Source of the DNA: Heteronotia binoei
Lineage: Eukaryota
Assembly (NCBI RefSeq): GCF_032191835.1
Contig: NC_083237.1
Location: 16,926,001 to 16,990,000 of the forward strand
DNA length: 64,000 bases
Direction of reading: 5' to 3'
Positions 59,730 to 64,000 of the stretch are shown in pieces. The translations under genes were made by a program, and so were the position numbers. The notes below the pieces were generated by a model. It searched no databases, was not told where the DNA came from, and worked only from the letters and a program-made list of their open reading frames with translations. Within the stretch, counting starts at the first letter, position 1. Each line of letters begins with the position of its first letter.

Positions 59730-60997
59730 TTCTTAATGGCCTCTTTTAAATAATGCTGGGTATGATTAGGGTCCTGTGCATTTTATGGGCAAAGCATGTG
59801 GTGCTCATCTGGGAATGGAGTTGGCACTTGCAAGCTTTCTACAAGGACTCTGGATTTCTACAAAAACAGAATGAACCCACGGGAGATTAGAAAAAGAGAG
59901 AGGGGACCCAGGCATACAAACACAGATATCCCCCCAAAACTGTCCTCTGTAACATGGGTGTCAGCAGATGCAAGTTTTAGCACTAATGGCAGCTCATGCA
60001 AGAAGTGGTTGATGTGGTTCAAGACACAAAAAGTATTGTATGATGGGTTCTAAGCATCTAGGAGGTGCGGTCGAAGTGATATCAAGCTCTTTATTACCGA
60101 CATCATAGTGGAGGCTGCCTAGTTAAGACTGAGAACTGGGCCAATGGGGCCAAACTTATATACATCTCTAGGTTTCCGCACAAGCACATTATTGGGTCAT
60201 TCAAATCGCTGGGGGCTTGTGGTTGGTCCAGGACTGCAGAGATTTGGATCCTGTAGCCCAGGGGTGGCCAATGGTAGCTCTCCAGATTTTTTTTGCCTAC
60301 AACTCCCATCAGCCCCAGCCATTGGCCATGCTGGCTGGGGCTGATGGGAGTTATAGGCAAAAAACATCTGGAGAGCTACCGTTGGCCACCCCTGCTGTAG
60401 CCCATTGTTCCCAAGTCCCCAAGCCAAGTCCGTATGGCTCCAATGAGCCAGGCAGGAACACCCAAAGTCTTCACTTGAGTCCACATACGTAACAAAAAAG
60501 ATAATGCAAAGCACAACCCATGTTTACTGCAGCAATGAAGAAACAACATGTCCAGGGAGCTAGAAAAGCTTCCACGGTGCCACCAGTCCATGGCAATGCC
60601 ATATATGGAGCACGTGGGATGTCCTTGTAGCACATAAGGCAAGGACATGGTACTCTTTCCAAGAAAAACTCTCTGTTTCTGGTATCTGTACATTTGTGTG
60701 TGTGTATTTCCCCATGCCTGAAAGCCATGGTCACAACTCTCCAAGAACTCTTGAATGAGCTTGAAAGCTAAATATCACCTTCCACATCCCAACCCACAGC
60801 TGAGCCTTTGTGTCAAAGGATTCTGGAATTTGAGGTGAAAATAACTCAGGAAGGAGACTCGAGAGATTGGGTCTGATCCAGAGTTGGAAGGGATTTCCAC
60901 GAGGACAGTGGGACTTGGTAAACCTCTCCTGTCCTGCTTCAGCCATTAAAATGCCATTAGCAGGAGACAAGGGAACCTGAACAACAGCAGGGTTCAT
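59730..60997 (-). pseudogene. Decayed OR pseudogene interrupted by a solo LTR
   Basis: Acceptor tttctttttccacatcag then ATG; remnants GHPTCSIYGIAM, FFIAAVNMGCALHYLF, LNHINHFLHELPLVLKLASADTHVTE, PLSLFLISRGFIL, TTCF. Confidence 0.8.
60034..60494 (-). mobile_element. Gypsy solo LTR with nested 136-bp hAT MITE (60259-60394)
   Basis: Reverse complement aligns with 37853-38162; aaaaag flanks both sides; the MITE has perfect TSD ctgtagcc. Confidence 0.8.
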
Positions 60998-61837
60998 ACT
61001 GATGTGGAAAAAGAAATCAAGAAAAATTCTCCCTTTTCCATTAGCAGAAATTGACTTCTGGATCCAATACTGGATCCAGTATATCTAGCTTGTTTGAGAA
61101 TTAAATTCATAGATACTTCGCATGTTTACAAGAGAAGTTGTCTGTACACAGCAAGAATTGACACCTACAGAAAATTTCCAGTATTTTAAACGTGATCTTA
61201 TTAATTTTTGCATTAAGAATAAATTAATTAATTTTTAAACAAAGCAGGCAGTCAACCTTAAGTCGGGATCAGAAGCCAAATTGATCAAAGAATCTGGGGA
61301 TTTAAGTGAATTTATCAGAGGTATAGCAAAAGTAGAGTTGGTAACCTGAGCTTAACCCACTGGAGGAAAAATGGAGGCTGCCTATGGGAGTGATGGATGT
61401 TATCCTGTTTCCAACAGTGTCGGACTGGATACTTCTGGAAGTCCAACAAGCAGGGTGTCTCAGCCAGGTCCGCTTTCAGCTTCACACGTTCACACCTTCC
61501 ATTAGCAGTGACCAAGTTCATTTCGGTTATGGCGTATCTTGCAAGTAGACAGTAAAGCACTTTTAACAAATAGCTGTCCCAAATTATATGCTGATATTGT
61601 AGATGAAACCTGGAGAGGTAGTGGCTTACAATCGTCTTCCCTTCCTCACCCCACAACAGGCACCCTGTGAGATACATGAAGCTGAGAGAGTTCTGAGAGA
61701 ACTGAGTCCCACCCAAATTCACTCAGTTGACTGCATGTGGAGGAGTAGGAAACCAAACCCAGTTTTCCAACTTAGAGTTCATTTCTCTATGTTGCTGTCT
61801 TTCAGTGCTGCTCTTTCTCTACGAGCAGGAGACCAGG

Positions 61838-62752
61838 ATGAGGCCTGAGAACCTCACATCTGTCATTGAGTTCATCACCAGCCACCGAAGGTCCCAGATC
61901 CTGCTTTTTGTTGTTATCCTTCTCATCTACACATATATAGTCATGGGAAACATGTTGATCATCATGCTGATCTGGGCTGACCCTCATCTCCACATGTCCA
62001 TGTTTTTCTTCCTGAAGCACTTTGCAGGCCTAGAGATCTGTTATGTCACCACCAGCATCCCCCAGATGCTGGCTCACCTCCAGACTGGGAATGGAAGAAT
62101 TTCTTTTAGACATTGCACAGCCCAGATGTATGTCAGTATGTGCCTGGGCACTGTTGAATTCTTTCTGCTGAGTGTCATGGCCTATGACCGCTACTTGGCC
62201 ATCTGCTGTCTTCTGCTCTACACTATTGCCATGGGCAGGAGTAAGCAGCTGCAGCTGGTATCAGCGTCCTGGGCAGGTGGCTTCTTCACTGCTCTTGTAT
62301 ATGTGGGCTGCGTCCTCCACCACCCCTACTGTGGACCCAACCACATCAACCACTTCTGCTGCGAGTTGCCTCTTGTGCTGAAACTGGCGTGTGCAGATAC
62401 CCACATCGCAGAGGCCATCATTTTTGTGTTTGCAGGGGTAGTCCTCATAGGTACACTTGCAGCTATCTTGACCTCCTATGCACTAATACTTTCCACTGTG
62501 TTACGGATGAAGTCAGCTGCCGGAAGGCACAAGGCCTTCTCCACCTGCGGCTCTCACTTGCTGGTGGTCTCTTTGTACTATAGTACTGTTATTGCCACGT
62601 ATATGAGACCCAGGTCACGGTCATCTCCTGACCTGGACAAACAAGTTGCTGTCTTTCATGTCATGATCAGCCCAATGCTCAATCCTGTCATTCACACCCT
62701 GCGCAATAAGGACAATCATGCGGCAGCGGTGAAAATATTGCAAAGATGTTGA
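61838..62752 (+). CDS. Olfactory receptor, open ORF but probably degenerating
   Basis: OR motifs present, but with a 12-nt deletion (EFITSHRR lacks LVGL), HMSMFFFL for HTPMYFFL, AICCLL for AICxPL and NPVIHTL for NPIIYTL. Confidence 0.75.
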   Translation: MRPENLTSVIEFITSHRRSQILLFVVILLIYTYIVMGNMLIIMLIWADPHLHMSMFFFLKHFAGLEICYVTTSIPQMLAHLQTGNGRISFRHCTAQMYVSMCLGTVEFFLLSVMAYDRYLAICCLLLYTIAMGRSKQLQLVSASWAGGFFTALVYVGCVLHHPYCGPNHINHFCCELPLVLKLACADTHIAEAIIFVFAGVVLIGTLAAILTSYALILSTVLRMKSAAGRHKAFSTCGSHLLVVSLYYSTVIATYMRPRSRSSPDLDKQVAVFHVMISPMLNPVIHTLRNKDNHAAAVKILQRC

Positions 62753-63256
62753 CAGATGAAATTGATATTCGAAGACTAAACAAAGAGCTTTCCTTCAGAT
62801 TTCAGTGTCAGCAACTGGGAGATAAGATCTGAATAGAATGTTTAAACGGACCTTTGTGTATCTGAGAGTGTTTTAGTCTTTGCAAACTAAGGCCATAGCA
62901 GACACTTTCTGCTTTATCACTTGCCTTGAAAAACTTACGAGGATGCCGAGGGTCAGCTTCTTTTTGATGGCAGTTCACACAAACAGAGGTAGTCCCCCAA
63001 ATCTGTTTTTCTAGAGTTTATGTACACTTGATAAAAGTTTTCTTAAACCCATAATCTCTGGGTTTAAATGGACTGGACCCCTTGGAAGAATCTTACCCAT
63101 GTTTCATACAGTTGTTTGGACAAACTGCTGACAGCACAGGTCAAACAGAGAGATAGGAGAGGGGGAAAGAAGCTGAAATCCCTTTCTGCTTGCTCACATT
63201 AACGTACATCTTATGGTCTCTTCAGGGAGGCACAAGTAAGTGTGAACACCAGACAG

Positions 63257-63749
63257 TAGGGTTGCCAAGTCTAATTCAAAAAATATCTGGGGACTTTGGG
63301 GGTGGAGCCAGGAGACATTGGAGTGGAGCCAGGAGCAAGACTGTGGCATAATTGAACTCCAGAGGGAGTTCTGGCCATCACATTTAAAGGGACCACACAC
63401 CTTTTAAATGACTTCCCTCAATTGGAAATAATGGATAGGGGCACCTTCTTTGGGGGCACATAGAATTGGACCCCCTGGTCCAATCCTTTTGAACCTTGAA
63501 GGGTATTTAGAGGAGAGGCATTGGATGCTATGTTGAAAATTCCGTGCTTCTTCCTCAAAAAACAGCCCCGCAGAGCCCCACATACCACGGATCAATTCTA
63601 TCCTATGGGAATCATTCTCCTTAGGGAATAATGGAGTGCCCAGCAGACATTTCCCTCCCCCTCTCTCCCACTTTCTGATGACCCTGAAGCGGGGGGAGGG
63701 CCTCCAAACCAGGGTATCCCCTGTCCATACCTGGACATTGGCAACCCTA
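63257..63749. mobile_element. hAT (Blackjack-like) MITE
   Basis: Perfect TSD ccagacag. Confidence 0.9.
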
Positions 63750-64000
63750 CCAGACAGTTACCAGAAAGACTCATCTGAATGGCAGCAGCCACACATGAGG
63801 ACATATGCAAAAAATGGAAGGTTTATTGACTAAATTAATCCCTGTGAACCTGAGAACTGTGCATATTCTTTTTCTTCAATGAAGACTGGAAACCTCCCAT
63901 CCCACCCCTCACTGTGATATTTAGTTGCAGGAAGATGAGGGCTTTGCAGAGAGAGAGAGAAAAATTATGAGTCACTGATCAGCGATCTCCAGTGACCATG

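Noticed and set aside
60103-60360. GNLEMY, which looked like OR GLEICY
   Set aside because: The segment aligns with the Gypsy LTR at 37853-38162, so the similarity is coincidental.

Overview
Vertebrate DNA, almost certainly a squamate and probably a gecko (inferred from its BovB, CR1, L2, RTE-X, Sauria-type and CORE-type SINEs and hAT MITEs). The window lies inside a class II olfactory receptor (OR) gene cluster. It holds five single-exon OR open reading frames (4909-5844 -, 19656-20582 -, 27650-28570 -, 42510-43442 +, 61838-62752 +; the last looks eroded), one frameshifted OR (53108-54030 -) and two decayed OR remnants (about 55645-55830 + and 59730-60997 -). Most of the rest is transposon-derived and often nested, including a TSD-bounded full-length BovB, a Gypsy LTR-PBS-gag fragment with a matching solo LTR, Penelope-like termini and many hAT MITEs with 8-bp TSDs. 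Structure the ORF track does not show: an inverted duplication of a head-to-head OR pair (about 52.9-55.8 kb vs 60.9-62.9 kb) with a TARS1 retrocopy in the spacer; a tandem duplication of an OR unit plus an orphan third copy of its upstream module; homeodomain and O/E-like motifs resembling mouse OR promoter elements; and CpG-rich foldback elements. There are two assembly gaps (34021-34225, 51519-51652). I found no CRISPR, rRNA or genuine tRNA gene, and no convincing wholly new biological system. All alignments were made by eye, so boundaries not anchored by a TSD or codon are approximate.
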